This document shows positions 1-7,881 of a stretch of 56,757 bases of DNA, piece by piece. Within the stretch, counting starts at the first letter, position 1, and the number at the start of each line of letters is the position of its first letter. The stretch covers positions 1-56,757 of the forward strand of contig JAFUNM010000048.1 in NCBI GenBank assembly GCA_017482195.1, read 5' to 3'. Below the pieces are notes generated by a model. That model was not told the origin of the DNA. It saw only the letters and a program-made list of their open reading frames with translations, and searched no databases. Made by a program: the position numbers and the translations under genes. The stretch is from Clostridia bacterium. Lineage in GTDB: Bacteria; Bacillota; Clostridia; Oscillospirales; QAKW01.

Positions 1-358
1 CCTCGGAGATAAACAGGAAGATAAACACAGACGCAAGAATAAACATCATATTTATGTTAAACATACTCATAACATCAATACCGCCCATAGCCGCACCGTC
101 ATCGGTAGGCAAGGTTCCAATGGACTGCCAAGTGTTTTCAGGACCTTCCATAACGGTTTCCGCACCTGTTGTTGGATCAACAGAAACACTGCCGTCCATC
201 ATCGTCATCATAACGGTAATGAGAATCGGAATGATGAAAGCACAGGCGATCAAAATGTAAAAAAGATTTGATCTGAACATTCTTCTGAAATCGACCTTCA
301 GTATACTTTTCATTCGTTTGCCTAAGCTGCTCTTTTCAAACCTTAATGCATTTTCCAT
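1..358 (-). CDS. ABC-2-type transporter permease, N-terminal part (gene runs off the window start)
   Basis: ATG at 358 lies 2 nt after the stop of the ATPase gene, with SD GGGAGG upstream. Hand translation MENALRFEKSSLGKRMKSILKVDFRRMFRSNLFYILIACAFIIPILITVMMTMMDG... parallels the N-terminus of the permease at 1275-2111. It is absent from the ORF track because it is open at the window edge. Confidence 0.6.
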   Translation of the reverse strand, partial: MENALRFEKSSLGKRMKSILKVDFRRMFRSNLFYILIACAFIIPILITVMMTMMDGSVSVDPTTGAETVMEGPENTWQSIGTLPTDDGAAMGGIDVMSMFNINMMFILASVFIFLFISE

Positions 359-360
359 TC

Positions 361-1260
361 TTATTTGCCTCCCTTAATCAAATCAATATAATATTCTTCA
401 AGACCGATCTTATCAGTCATAATTTCAGTAACCGTGATGCCGTTTTCGTAAAGGTAAGTAACAACGTCTTCGGGTGTAGTAACATCATAAACACGGATAT
501 ATCCGGCTTCATCTTCTTCTACACGGGAATATTTGCATCCGAGCAGCATCTTAGTTCTGTTCCTATCACCGGTCTGCAAAGCAATATAGGTACGACAGCT
601 TGCATCCAACTCGTCAGCGGTCATTTCACAAATCATTTTGCCGTGACGAATGATACCATAGTGAGTTGCAACCTTTTGCAGTTCACCAAGCAGATGGGAA
701 GATACGATTATGCTACGCTTTCCGTCTTTAATAATGTCGGTAAATACCTCTCGCATAATGCGCATACCGTCAGCATCCAAACCATTGAGAGGCTCGTCAA
801 GGACTAACAAGGTAGGGTTGCCGAGCAAAGCCATAGCAATGCCGACTCTCTGCTTCATACCGAGAGAACAGTTTTTGTACTTGTTACCTGCGGCACCTTC
901 CATTCTGACCGTTTTCAGAATTTTTACAACCTCTTTTTTCGGGTTGGGGATACTCAAATTAACCGCCTGGAGCATCATATTATCGAATACGGTAAGACCG
1001 GGGAAACATCCGGGAGACTCGATCAGCACACCGACTTTTGCCCGAACATCTCCGTCCGTGTAATCCTTACCGTATAGTTTAATAGAACCGCCGCTTGTAG
1101 GAATCAGTCCACAAATCATTTTCTCTGTGGTGGATTTGCCGGAACCGTTTTCGCCGATAAAGCCGTAAATAGAACCCATAGGCACAGTCATATTAAGACC
1201 GCAAACGGCTTGTTTGGGGCCGAAGTTTTTAGATAGATTTTTAATTTCTACTGCATTCAT
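361..1260 (-). CDS. ABC transporter ATP-binding protein (ABC-2 / BcrA-LanF-like type)
   Basis: Walker A GENGSGKST, signature SLGMKQR and Walker B LLVLDEP are present. SD AAGGAGG sits upstream of ATG 1260. It is a clear paralog of 2112-3014. Confidence 0.9.
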   Translation of the reverse strand: MNAVEIKNLSKNFGPKQAVCGLNMTVPMGSIYGFIGENGSGKSTTEKMICGLIPTSGGSIKLYGKDYTDGDVRAKVGVLIESPGCFPGLTVFDNMMLQAVNLSIPNPKKEVVKILKTVRMEGAAGNKYKNCSLGMKQRVGIAMALLGNPTLLVLDEPLNGLDADGMRIMREVFTDIIKDGKRSIIVSSHLLGELQKVATHYGIIRHGKMICEMTADELDASCRTYIALQTGDRNRTKMLLGCKYSRVEEDEAGYIRVYDVTTPEDVVTYLYENGITVTEIMTDKIGLEEYYIDLIKGGK

Positions 1261-1274
1261 TGTTTCGACCTCCT

Positions 1275-2111
1275 TTAATACACATCGCTCTTTGAGAGAA
1301 TCCGTGCGCCGAGCACGTTATAGAAAACTGCCCAAGCCACAGACACCACAGCGCAAATAATCAGCGTTCCTACGTTACTGATAAGACAAGCATTGACAGA
1401 CGAACCGTAAAGGAAGATGTTGAGGAACCAAGTGGGAATCGAAAGATTCTCTACAATTGCCGCAACACCGATAATGAGGATACCCGTTCCAAAGAAGAAA
1501 GAGGATGCAATGGAAATACCGAAGTATCTTCTGAAAATAATGTTTAGAAAGGTGTAAAGGCTTGCCCAACCAAGACTCATAATCATCTTGCTGAGAATAG
1601 CGATAATCAAAGAGCCTACATTGACAGTTGTTTCATAGCCCACAAGTAAACCGCCAATCGTGCCACCGATAAGGTAAGTAATGCACATACATGCCATCGC
1701 AAAAGCACAGGTAAGGGATTTAGAGATCATATAGTCCTGCTTTTTTGCGTGGGTGGTAAAAAGCTGCTTTACATATCCCGACTTATAATCGTGACCGATA
1801 AAGATGGACACCATAATGCCGCCGAAAATAAACACCATATTCATATTGGCATAATCAGCAATGCTGTTAATAACATAAAGGGGTTCGGAAGCGGCAATAA
1901 TTTGCCATACATTAGAGTATAACGGTTCCATTGTATTGCCGTTTTAGTCGGGCATCATTGTCATCGCTGATACCATTGCAGGTATGATGGCGGCAACGCA
2001 CAAGAAAATATAAAACATAGGGGTATGGAAAAGGCGATAAAAGTCTACGCCGAGCATACCTTTAATTCGCTGTGCAAAGCTCGGATTTCTGAATTTCAGT
2101 TCTCTTGTCAT
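1275..2111 (-). pseudogene. ABC-2-type permease interrupted by one in-frame TAA (1944-1946)
   Basis: ATG 2111 has SD AAGGAGGAG and opens MTRELKFRNPSFAQRIKGMLGVDFYRLFHTPMFYIFLCVAAIIPAMVSAMTMMPD, followed by TAA. Four codons later the track ORF 1275-1931 continues in the same frame. The internal ATG 1931 has no SD. Confidence 0.6.
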
Positions 2112-3014
2112 TTAATTCTCCTCCTTTGCTGACATCAGTTCGATGTAGTATTCTTCCAGACCGATTTTGTTTTTCTTGATTTCGCTGACTACATGACCGT
2201 TTTCCATCAAATAATCAATAACTGCAGCAGTATCGTCTACGTCATATATACGGATACATTCATCTTCAAGGCGAACGTCGGCAAATCTTTCGGAAAGCAC
2301 AGTTTTTGCACCGTTCATGTCCTTTGTTTTCAGCGACACAAAGACTTGCGCTCTCCCATCCATTTCCTCAGCGGAAAGTTCCATAATCATCTTGCCCTGA
2401 CGGATAATGCCGTAATGGGTAGCGATTTTTTCGAGCTCGCCAAGGATATGAGAGGAAATAAGAACAGTACAGCCGTAGGTCTTTGTAATATCGACAAGGA
2501 TTTCTCTCATAATACGCATACCGTCAGTATCAAGACCGTTGATAGGCTCGTCCAAAATCAGCAGTGCCGGTTCTCCAAGCAGAGCCATAGCAATGCCGAT
2601 TCTTTGCTTCATACCAAGAGAACAACTCTTAAATTTCAGATTTGCGTTGTCCTCCATACGCACAATGCGGAGAACACGGTGGATTTCCTCGTCAGCGTTT
2701 TCGATACCGAGATTGATGCACTGCATCTTTAAGTTTTGATATACGCTGGAACCGGGAAAACAACCGGGGTCTTCGATCAACGCACCGACTCGGACTCTGA
2801 CACCGGGATCGGTGTAGTCCTTGCCGAAGAGCTTAATTTCACCGCCGTCCGGAACAAGATGTCCGCAAATCAACTTTTCTGTGGTAGATTTTCCGCTTCC
2901 GTTCTCGCCGATAAAGCCGTAAATCGCTCCGACCGGAACAGTCATATTTAGCTGATTGACCGCATACATCCCACGAAAACTTTTTGATAAGTTTCTGATT
3001 TCAATCGCGTTCAT
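2112..3014 (-). CDS. ABC transporter ATP-binding protein (paralog of 361-1260)
   Basis: Walker A GENGSGKST, SLGMKQR and LLILDEP are present. I chose the start at MNAIEIRNLSK (ATG 3014), preceded by AAGGAGAG, rather than the track start at 3059. Confidence 0.9.
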   Translation of the reverse strand: MNAIEIRNLSKSFRGMYAVNQLNMTVPVGAIYGFIGENGSGKSTTEKLICGHLVPDGGEIKLFGKDYTDPGVRVRVGALIEDPGCFPGSSVYQNLKMQCINLGIENADEEIHRVLRIVRMEDNANLKFKSCSLGMKQRIGIAMALLGEPALLILDEPINGLDTDGMRIMREILVDITKTYGCTVLISSHILGELEKIATHYGIIRQGKMIMELSAEEMDGRAQVFVSLKTKDMNGAKTVLSERFADVRLEDECIRIYDVDDTAAVIDYLMENGHVVSEIKKNKIGLEEYYIELMSAKEEN

Positions 3015-3063
3015 TGTTTCTCTCCTTTGCTGTCCATTCATATAAATGAATAAAAGCACGATA

Positions 3064-3093
3064 ACGGCAGCCCGCTTATTTGCAAGCTGCCGT
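3064..3093 (-). terminator. GC-rich hairpin downstream of the 83-aa gene
   Basis: acggcagc (3064-3071) pairs with gctgccgt (3086-3093). T-rich flanks are present but stronger on the plus strand, so the orientation is uncertain. Confidence 0.45.
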
Positions 3094-3101
3094 TTTCGTT
3101 T

Positions 3102-3353
3102 TTACTGTTTGCTCTTGGCTTCGCTAATGCGCGCTTCGGCCGCTGCCTTGCGTTCGTTTGCTTCTGCAACCTGCGCATCACGCTCCGCCTGCATCTTTTT
3201 CTTCATGTTTTCAGGATTTGCATTCGCCTTTGCTTCTTCCCACTGCGCTTTGGACTCTGCCTTTACAGCCGCAAACTGAGCCTTGTCGACCTCGTGCTGT
3301 GCCTTTGCGGACTCCTTCATATCCCGGAATGCTTTCTTCAAAAAATTTGCCAT
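3102..3353 (-). CDS. Small K/A/E-rich predicted coiled-coil protein (83 aa), function unknown
   Basis: Track ORF with SD AAAGGGG 8 nt upstream. The composition suggests a helical charged protein. I recognise no family. Confidence 0.55.
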   Translation of the reverse strand: MANFLKKAFRDMKESAKAQHEVDKAQFAAVKAESKAQWEEAKANANPENMKKKMQAERDAQVAEANERKAAAEARISEAKSKQ

Positions 3354-3365
3354 TGTTATGCCCCT

Positions 3366-3731
3366 TTAACCTTTCATGATTTCATCGCTGAGGGCGATGA
3401 TTTTATTTGCGTATTTTTTACGGCGTGAGCCGAGAATACCTTTATAAATGGGATAGTTTACGATTGCCATAAACATACCAACGATACCGATAATGATTCC
3501 GTAAAGCATCGGGTTTTGGATATCGACTGTTTCGGCAATATCGGTCATAACAAGACTCATACCGCTACCCATAATAATGGCACTAATGCTGCCGAAGATG
3601 TAAGCAAAAACATTGGCAGGGCGCTTTACCTTAGTATCCAGTTCCTTGAGTTCGTCAAGACCGGTATGTTCTTTTTCTGTGTACTGAGTACGGATCTTCT
3701 GAACGAGAAAATCCTGATCGGTTTTATTCAT
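3366..3731 (-). CDS. Small two-TM membrane protein (paralog of 4104-4493)
   Basis: Start moved to MNKTDQDF (ATG 3731) behind SD AAGAAAGAGG. It shares the pattern IRxxY..E..ELKxLD..two hydrophobic helices..Y.K....K..A..I..L..E with 4104-4493. Confidence 0.65.
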   Translation of the reverse strand: MNKTDQDFLVQKIRTQYTEKEHTGLDELKELDTKVKRPANVFAYIFGSISAIIMGSGMSLVMTDIAETVDIQNPMLYGIIIGIVGMFMAIVNYPIYKGILGSRRKKYANKIIALSDEIMKG

Positions 3732-3763
3732 AACAGTTACCTCTTTCTTCATTTTACAAACAT

Positions 3764-3817
3764 ATTATATCAATTGAATGTTTTTGAAAGTTTTGAGGAA
3801 TGTTTAAGTTTTGTTAA
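3764..3817 (-). promoter_or_regulatory. 54-bp promoter-like module, copy A (ends in TGaTATAAT)
   Basis: The minus strand reads TTAACAAAACTTAAACATTCCTCAAAACTTTCAAAAACATTCAATTGATATAAT. It has the same length and architecture as copies B and C, and it overlaps the stop codon of the 88-aa gene. Confidence 0.55.
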
Positions 3818-4080
3818 TTCTCAACACTTTCTACAGAAGCATTTGTTTCATCCGAAGAATCTTTCGCAGCTACATTGATATACGCAGCATCATCTTTGTT
3901 AGCTTTTGCTTTCTGTGTAGCCAGTTCTTCTTTAATCGCACCTTTTGCACCTTTGAAACCGGCGGCAACCACCTTGCCAAGATTAGTGCCAACAGCAACA
4001 GAAGCCGCAACCGTCACAGCACATAGAGTGACGCAGGTGCCAATCGCAAACTTTGCAGTGCCTTTTAATAAATCATTCAT
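3814..4080 (-). CDS. Small membrane-anchored protein (88 aa), function unknown
   Basis: Track ORF with SD GGAGGA upstream. It has one hydrophobic segment (FAIGTCVTLCAVTVAASVAVG) followed by a charged tail. Confidence 0.55.
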   Translation of the reverse strand: MNDLLKGTAKFAIGTCVTLCAVTVAASVAVGTNLGKVVAAGFKGAKGAIKEELATQKAKANKDDAAYINVAAKDSSDETNASVESVEN

Positions 4081-4103
4081 GTTTTTTCCTCCGTGATTTT
4101 TGC

Positions 4104-4493
4104 TTAATTCAATGTTTTACTTAGTTCTGCTGTCAGTTCAAGGATTCTCGGCGCAAATCTCTGTTTTGTTTTATTAAAGACCTTACGATATACCGAATAG
4201 GCAGCAAGCATTCCGACCATACCGATAATACCAAGAAGTATGCCAAGTGCTATTAAAATGATGCCACTACCGATTATCTGCATAGCAAGGCACATCCCAA
4301 GGCCGAACACTAACGCACCGCCAATGCCGGCACAAAGAGATTCCATCATTCCAGAATTCTGCACCGTGTAGTCTAAGCGTTTGAGTTCTTCAAACTTGCT
4401 TTCCTCACGGGGAAGATACTTTTTGCGGATTTCCTGAACTTCCTTATTTTCTTTTGCTGAGTATTTATAAATAAATGTTGTGTCCTGATTCAT
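4104..4493 (-). CDS. Small two-TM membrane protein (paralog of 3366-3731)
   Basis: Start moved to MNQDTT (ATG 4493) behind GGGGA. It shares the motif pattern of 3366-3731. Confidence 0.65.
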   Translation of the reverse strand: MNQDTTFIYKYSAKENKEVQEIRKKYLPREESKFEELKRLDYTVQNSGMMESLCAGIGGALVFGLGMCLAMQIIGSGIILIALGILLGIIGMVGMLAAYSVYRKVFNKTKQRFAPRILELTAELSKTLN

Positions 4494-4517
4494 TTGTATC
4501 CCCATTACTTTAACGAA

Positions 4518-4826
4518 TTATTTATCGCCGGAAAGTCTTTTCTTGGTTTCCTCAACGGTTTCGCCGTCCTTGGAAAACACCTTTTCAATGATCTTATCAT
4601 TTACTTTATTGAAGCCTTCCACAGCGCCATCTTCAATTTTCTTGTAGCCGCTGACAACCCCGTTCTCGATCTTTTTATAGCCTTCAACAACAGTGTCGCC
4701 GATTTTTCCGGTTTTCATAGTTCCATCTTCATTCAAGAACTTTTCTGTAAATTTGTCCTCGATTTTCTTGTAACCCTCAACTACGCTCTCAGCAATCTTT
4801 TCATTTGCTTCTACGAATTTAGACAT
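4518..4826 (-). CDS. Small soluble repeat protein with four V-x-G-Y-K-K-I-E-type repeats (102 aa)
   Basis: Start at MSKFVEANEK (ATG 4826) behind SD AAGGAG. The repeats are VVEGYKKIED, VVEGYKKIEN, VVSGYKKIED and AVEGFNKVND. The longer track start (4934, TTG) would run through promoter module B. Confidence 0.6.
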   Translation of the reverse strand: MSKFVEANEKIAESVVEGYKKIEDKFTEKFLNEDGTMKTGKIGDTVVEGYKKIENGVVSGYKKIEDGAVEGFNKVNDKIIEKVFSKDGETVEETKKRLSGDK

Positions 4827-4859
4827 TTTAGTATCTCCTTTTCTTGATTTTGTGAGTTC

Positions 4860-4913
4860 ATTATACCTTACGGTCGTTTGAGAGATTTTTAAGAAATGTT
4901 TGAGTTTTGTTAA
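4860..4913 (-). promoter_or_regulatory. 54-bp promoter-like module, copy B
   Basis: The minus strand reads TTAACAAAACTCAAACATTTCTTAAAAATCTCTCAAACGACCGTAAGGTATAAT. Its TATAAT lies about 30 nt upstream of the ATG at 4826. Confidence 0.55.
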
Positions 4914-4966
4914 TTTCAAAAATTTCTTTCTCAATATTTATTGCGCTTTCCTCACCGTACAAGCGA

Positions 4967-5020
4967 ATTATAAACTGTCAATGTTTTTGACTTGTTTTCG
5001 AAATGTTCAAGTTTTATTAA
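4967..5020 (-). promoter_or_regulatory. 54-bp promoter-like module, copy C (tandem, 107 bp upstream of copy B)
   Basis: The minus strand reads TTAATAAAACTTGAACATTTCGAAAACAAGTCAAAAACATTGACAGTTTATAAT. By hand alignment 39 of 54 positions are identical to copy A. Confidence 0.5.
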
Positions 5021-5057
5021 AATGAAAAAATCCCACGGTTTTTTCAATCAATGGGAT

Positions 5058-5096
5058 AACAAAAGAAAAGACAGCATAGCATCTTGCTATACTGTC
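5058..5096 (-). terminator. Rho-independent terminator after apbE
   Basis: A 12-bp stem (5070-5081 with 5085-5096, one mismatch) has a 3-nt loop and is followed on the minus strand by TTTTCTTTTGTT. Confidence 0.65.
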
Positions 5097-5179
5097 ATCT
5101 TCTTAGCACTCGTCAATCGGCTGATTTCATAGGATTTTCAAAACATCCTTATGAGAAGTAGCCTATGCAAGCATCTTTT

Positions 5180-6226
5180 TTATTGATAAGTGTAGTTTTG
5201 AAATCCGCCGGAATACCGCTGTTCTCCATCGGGCAAGACCCACATGGCTTCCGCGTCGGCAAGGCTTTCGATCAACGCCGCACCTTCCTCATAGGTCATG
5301 GTAAAGAGAGCGGTGGACAAGGCATCCGCTCTGCCGGAATCGGCGCACAGTACCGAGACCGAAAGAAAGTTCGTGCCGGGCATTAAGGTTTCGGGGTCGA
5401 TAATATGATGATAGCGAACACCCTCAACAGTATAAAACCGCTGATAACTTCCGCTGGTGACCAGGCTCTGACCGGTCAGGTGCAGATAGGCGATATGAGG
5501 TTTTTCGGTATTTTCGGTGTCGGGGTTTTCGATGCCCACCGACCAGGGCTCCCCATCGGGATGGGCACCGACGCAGCGGACATTGCCGCCCACATTCAGA
5601 AGATAGCCGGTAATGCCTTTTTCCTCCAGATAAAGAGCGACCTGCTCGGTGGCATAGCCCTTGGCAATGGCGCCCACATCCAAACGCATGGCGGGATCGG
5701 CAAGAAATACGGTGGAATCGGTCTCATCCAGGATCATCTGCCCGATATCGGTATGGTTTGCCGCTTCTCGGAGCTGCTCCATGGGCGGCAACGCCGCTTC
5801 TTCGGGGTGACTGATCCCATTGGTCCGGTACTGATGCCAGATGGAAAGCACGCTGCCCATGGCAACATTCATTTTGCCCTCGGTAACGGTATAAAGCTCC
5901 TTGGCATAAGACAGCAGATCCAGGATCTTCTGATCCACCTGCACCGTCTGATGAACACCATCCGTAAGATCATTGACGGTGCAGAGATTATTGATTCCCT
6001 CATAGCGATGGTAGATATCATAGAGCCGATGGTATTCCAACAGCAGCGCCTTGAGCTCGCTGACCACTCCGTCAAACTCCTCTTTGGAGTCCGCATAGCC
6101 CACAATAGTAGTAACGGTATCAAAATAATCAAAGGAATAATCGGTATATTTGGTTTCGCCCCGCGCGCAGGCACAAAAGCTCAGCAACAGCGCCGCCGCG
6201 GTCAAAAGAGAAAACAGTCGTTTCAT
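5180..6226 (-). CDS. apbE: FAD:protein FMN transferase (ApbE/Ftp family), probable exported or lipoprotein form
   Basis: Start moved to MKRLFSLLTAAALLLSFCAC (ATG 6226) behind AAAGGAAA. ApbE hallmarks present are LDVGAIAKGYA and LLNVGGNV. Confidence 0.85.
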   Translation of the reverse strand: MKRLFSLLTAAALLLSFCACARGETKYTDYSFDYFDTVTTIVGYADSKEEFDGVVSELKALLLEYHRLYDIYHRYEGINNLCTVNDLTDGVHQTVQVDQKILDLLSYAKELYTVTEGKMNVAMGSVLSIWHQYRTNGISHPEEAALPPMEQLREAANHTDIGQMILDETDSTVFLADPAMRLDVGAIAKGYATEQVALYLEEKGITGYLLNVGGNVRCVGAHPDGEPWSVGIENPDTENTEKPHIAYLHLTGQSLVTSGSYQRFYTVEGVRYHHIIDPETLMPGTNFLSVSVLCADSGRADALSTALFTMTYEEGAALIESLADAEAMWVLPDGEQRYSGGFQNYTYQ

Positions 6227-6243
6227 TCTATTTCCTTTAAAAG

Positions 6244-6271
6244 AAAAGGGGTGTCGGTGACACCCCTTTTT
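6244..6271 (-). terminator. Hairpin terminator between the lipoprotein gene and apbE
   Basis: ggggtgtc (6248-6255) pairs with gacacccc (6259-6266) across a 3-nt loop, flanked by A-run and T-run. On the minus strand it is followed by TTTTCTTTT. Confidence 0.55.
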
Positions 6272-6287
6272 ATTTTTTCTGTTTGAT

Positions 6288-7304
6288 TTAGGCAACAGTA
6301 GCAGCCTTCACAGCAGCAGCAACCATATCGGAGATGGCGATGGTACAACCGGCGGTCTGAATTTCTTCAACGCCATAGCCTTCCACAACCAGTCCGCCGA
6401 TCTCAGCAGCGGTCTTGCCAACCAGAGCAGCATCAAAGGCAGCGCCCTGCTCGTTCCACTCTTTCACAACGCCGTCGCCATTGAGATCCTTACCATAGGC
6501 AGCCATACCGTAGTCGGTACCCTTCTCCGCCTTGGTCTTCAGCTCAGCGGCGGTATCGGTGAGAGCGGCACCCTTGGTATCAAAGGTTAACTGAGCCTGA
6601 ACCACATCGGTGGCAGCAACAACGACCTTGCCGTCTTTGTCCACAACAGCAGCAGTGAAGCTGATGTTTTGCTCGATGGTACCGCTCTTCTCTTCGGTCG
6701 CATCGGTCACTTCCTCAGCGGTCACAACACCCAGCTGCAGAGTGTTCTCTGCGGCGGCGGCAGATTCCTTTGCATTGGCAACAGCCTTTTCCACTGCGCC
6801 TACGAACTCGGAAACAGCGATGGTGCAGCCGGCGGTCTGGATATCGGCATTACCATATCCGTCAACGACCATGGCCTTCACTTCATCGATGGTCTTGCCT
6901 TCCACAGAAGCGATAAAAGCAGCAACCTGCTCATTCCACTCCTTTACAACGCCGTCGCCGTTGAGATCCTTACCATAGGCAGCCATACCGTACTCGGTAC
7001 CCTTTTCGCCCTTGGTCTTGAACGCGGTGTTGGCAACACCCTTACCCTCGGAGGTATAGGTGGCGGTGTTCTGCGCGGTATCGATTACCAGCTGAACGAT
7101 CTTGCCCTCAGCATCCAGCAAAACAGCGGCTGCAGTAGCATCCACTTCGGTCTTACCGTCGGTCTCGCCGTCAGCAGAAGTGGCTTCACCGTAAACGGTG
7201 GTGATACCCATACCGAACTTCAGCGGCTCTGCTTTGGCACCGCCGCAAGCGGTCAAACTGACCAGCATCAAAACAACCAAAATTGCACTTAATACTCTTT
7301 TCAT
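6288..7304 (-). CDS. Lipoprotein built from two ~155-aa repeats, each ending in an FMN_bind-like IQTAGCTIA motif
   Basis: Signal peptide plus lipobox MLVSLTAC|GG, with SD AAGGAG. The internal duplication includes YGMAAYGKDLNGDGVVKEWNEQ twice. It lies next to apbE and the rnf operon. Confidence 0.7.
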   Translation of the reverse strand: MKRVLSAILVVLMLVSLTACGGAKAEPLKFGMGITTVYGEATSADGETDGKTEVDATAAAVLLDAEGKIVQLVIDTAQNTATYTSEGKGVANTAFKTKGEKGTEYGMAAYGKDLNGDGVVKEWNEQVAAFIASVEGKTIDEVKAMVVDGYGNADIQTAGCTIAVSEFVGAVEKAVANAKESAAAAENTLQLGVVTAEEVTDATEEKSGTIEQNISFTAAVVDKDGKVVVAATDVVQAQLTFDTKGAALTDTAAELKTKAEKGTDYGMAAYGKDLNGDGVVKEWNEQGAAFDAALVGKTAAEIGGLVVEGYGVEEIQTAGCTIAISDMVAAAVKAATVA

Positions 7305-7336
7305 ATTTTTTCTCCTTTAAAGTTTTTCCATAGAAA

Positions 7337-7365
7337 ATTATGCCATATTATTCGCTGTTCGTCAA
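7337..7365 (-). promoter_or_regulatory. Sigma-70-type promoter for the lipoprotein gene
   Basis: The minus strand reads TTGACG (7365-7360), a 17-nt spacer, then CATAAT (7342-7337). It sits about 30 nt upstream of ATG 7304. Confidence 0.5.
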
Positions 7366-7374
7366 TAGATGGTG

Positions 7375-7881
7375 TTAAATCTCTTTTTGTTTAAGATATT
7401 TTAATACCAAATAGCCCGCCAAACCGATCAAAATACCCGCTATGGTACCGGTAACGGTCAGTACGATCATATAATACCCAATCTCTGCCGTTTCTAATAC
7501 CAGTATCGCCACTAAAACCTGACCTAAATTATGAAAGATACCGCCCATAATACTGACTGCCACCATGGAAAAGCGGTCAATTCTTTTTAAAAGATTCATG
7601 ACCGCAAGGCTCAGCACTGCCCCGGCAAAGCTATATGCCAGGGTCATAATGTTGCCAAACAGCAGCGCCACCGCAAACAGCCGCACCAAAGAGACCGCCG
7701 CCGCCTCTTTCACCGAAAAACGATAGAGCAAAAAGAGGAGCATAATATTAGGCAATCCCATTTTGATGCCGGGCACTGCCGCCCATAAGGGAGGCAGCAA
7801 CGCTTCTACATAAGCCAAAATCAATGTTACCGCGGTGCAAAGGCCTAAAAATGCAAGTTTTTTCGTTTTTTTGTTTCTCAT
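7375..7881 (-). CDS. Gx transporter family / heptaprenyl-diphosphate-synthase-component-I-like (PF07456-type) polytopic membrane protein
   Basis: The sequence pattern is LAYVEALLP..VPGIKMGLPNI..LFGN..SFAGAVLSL..GGIFHNLGQVLVA. The start codon directly abuts the stop of the upstream gene. Confidence 0.75.
   Translation of the reverse strand: MRNKKTKKLAFLGLCTAVTLILAYVEALLPPLWAAVPGIKMGLPNIMLLFLLYRFSVKEAAAVSLVRLFAVALLFGNIMTLAYSFAGAVLSLAVMNLLKRIDRFSMVAVSIMGGIFHNLGQVLVAILVLETAEIGYYMIVLTVTGTIAGILIGLAGYLVLKYLKQKEI

Noticed and set aside
4827-4934. Longer version of the GYKKIE-repeat gene (track start at 4934, TTG)
   Set aside because: The extension would be translated from promoter module B itself, is basic low-complexity sequence and has no SD. 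ATG 4826 has a strong AAGGAG.
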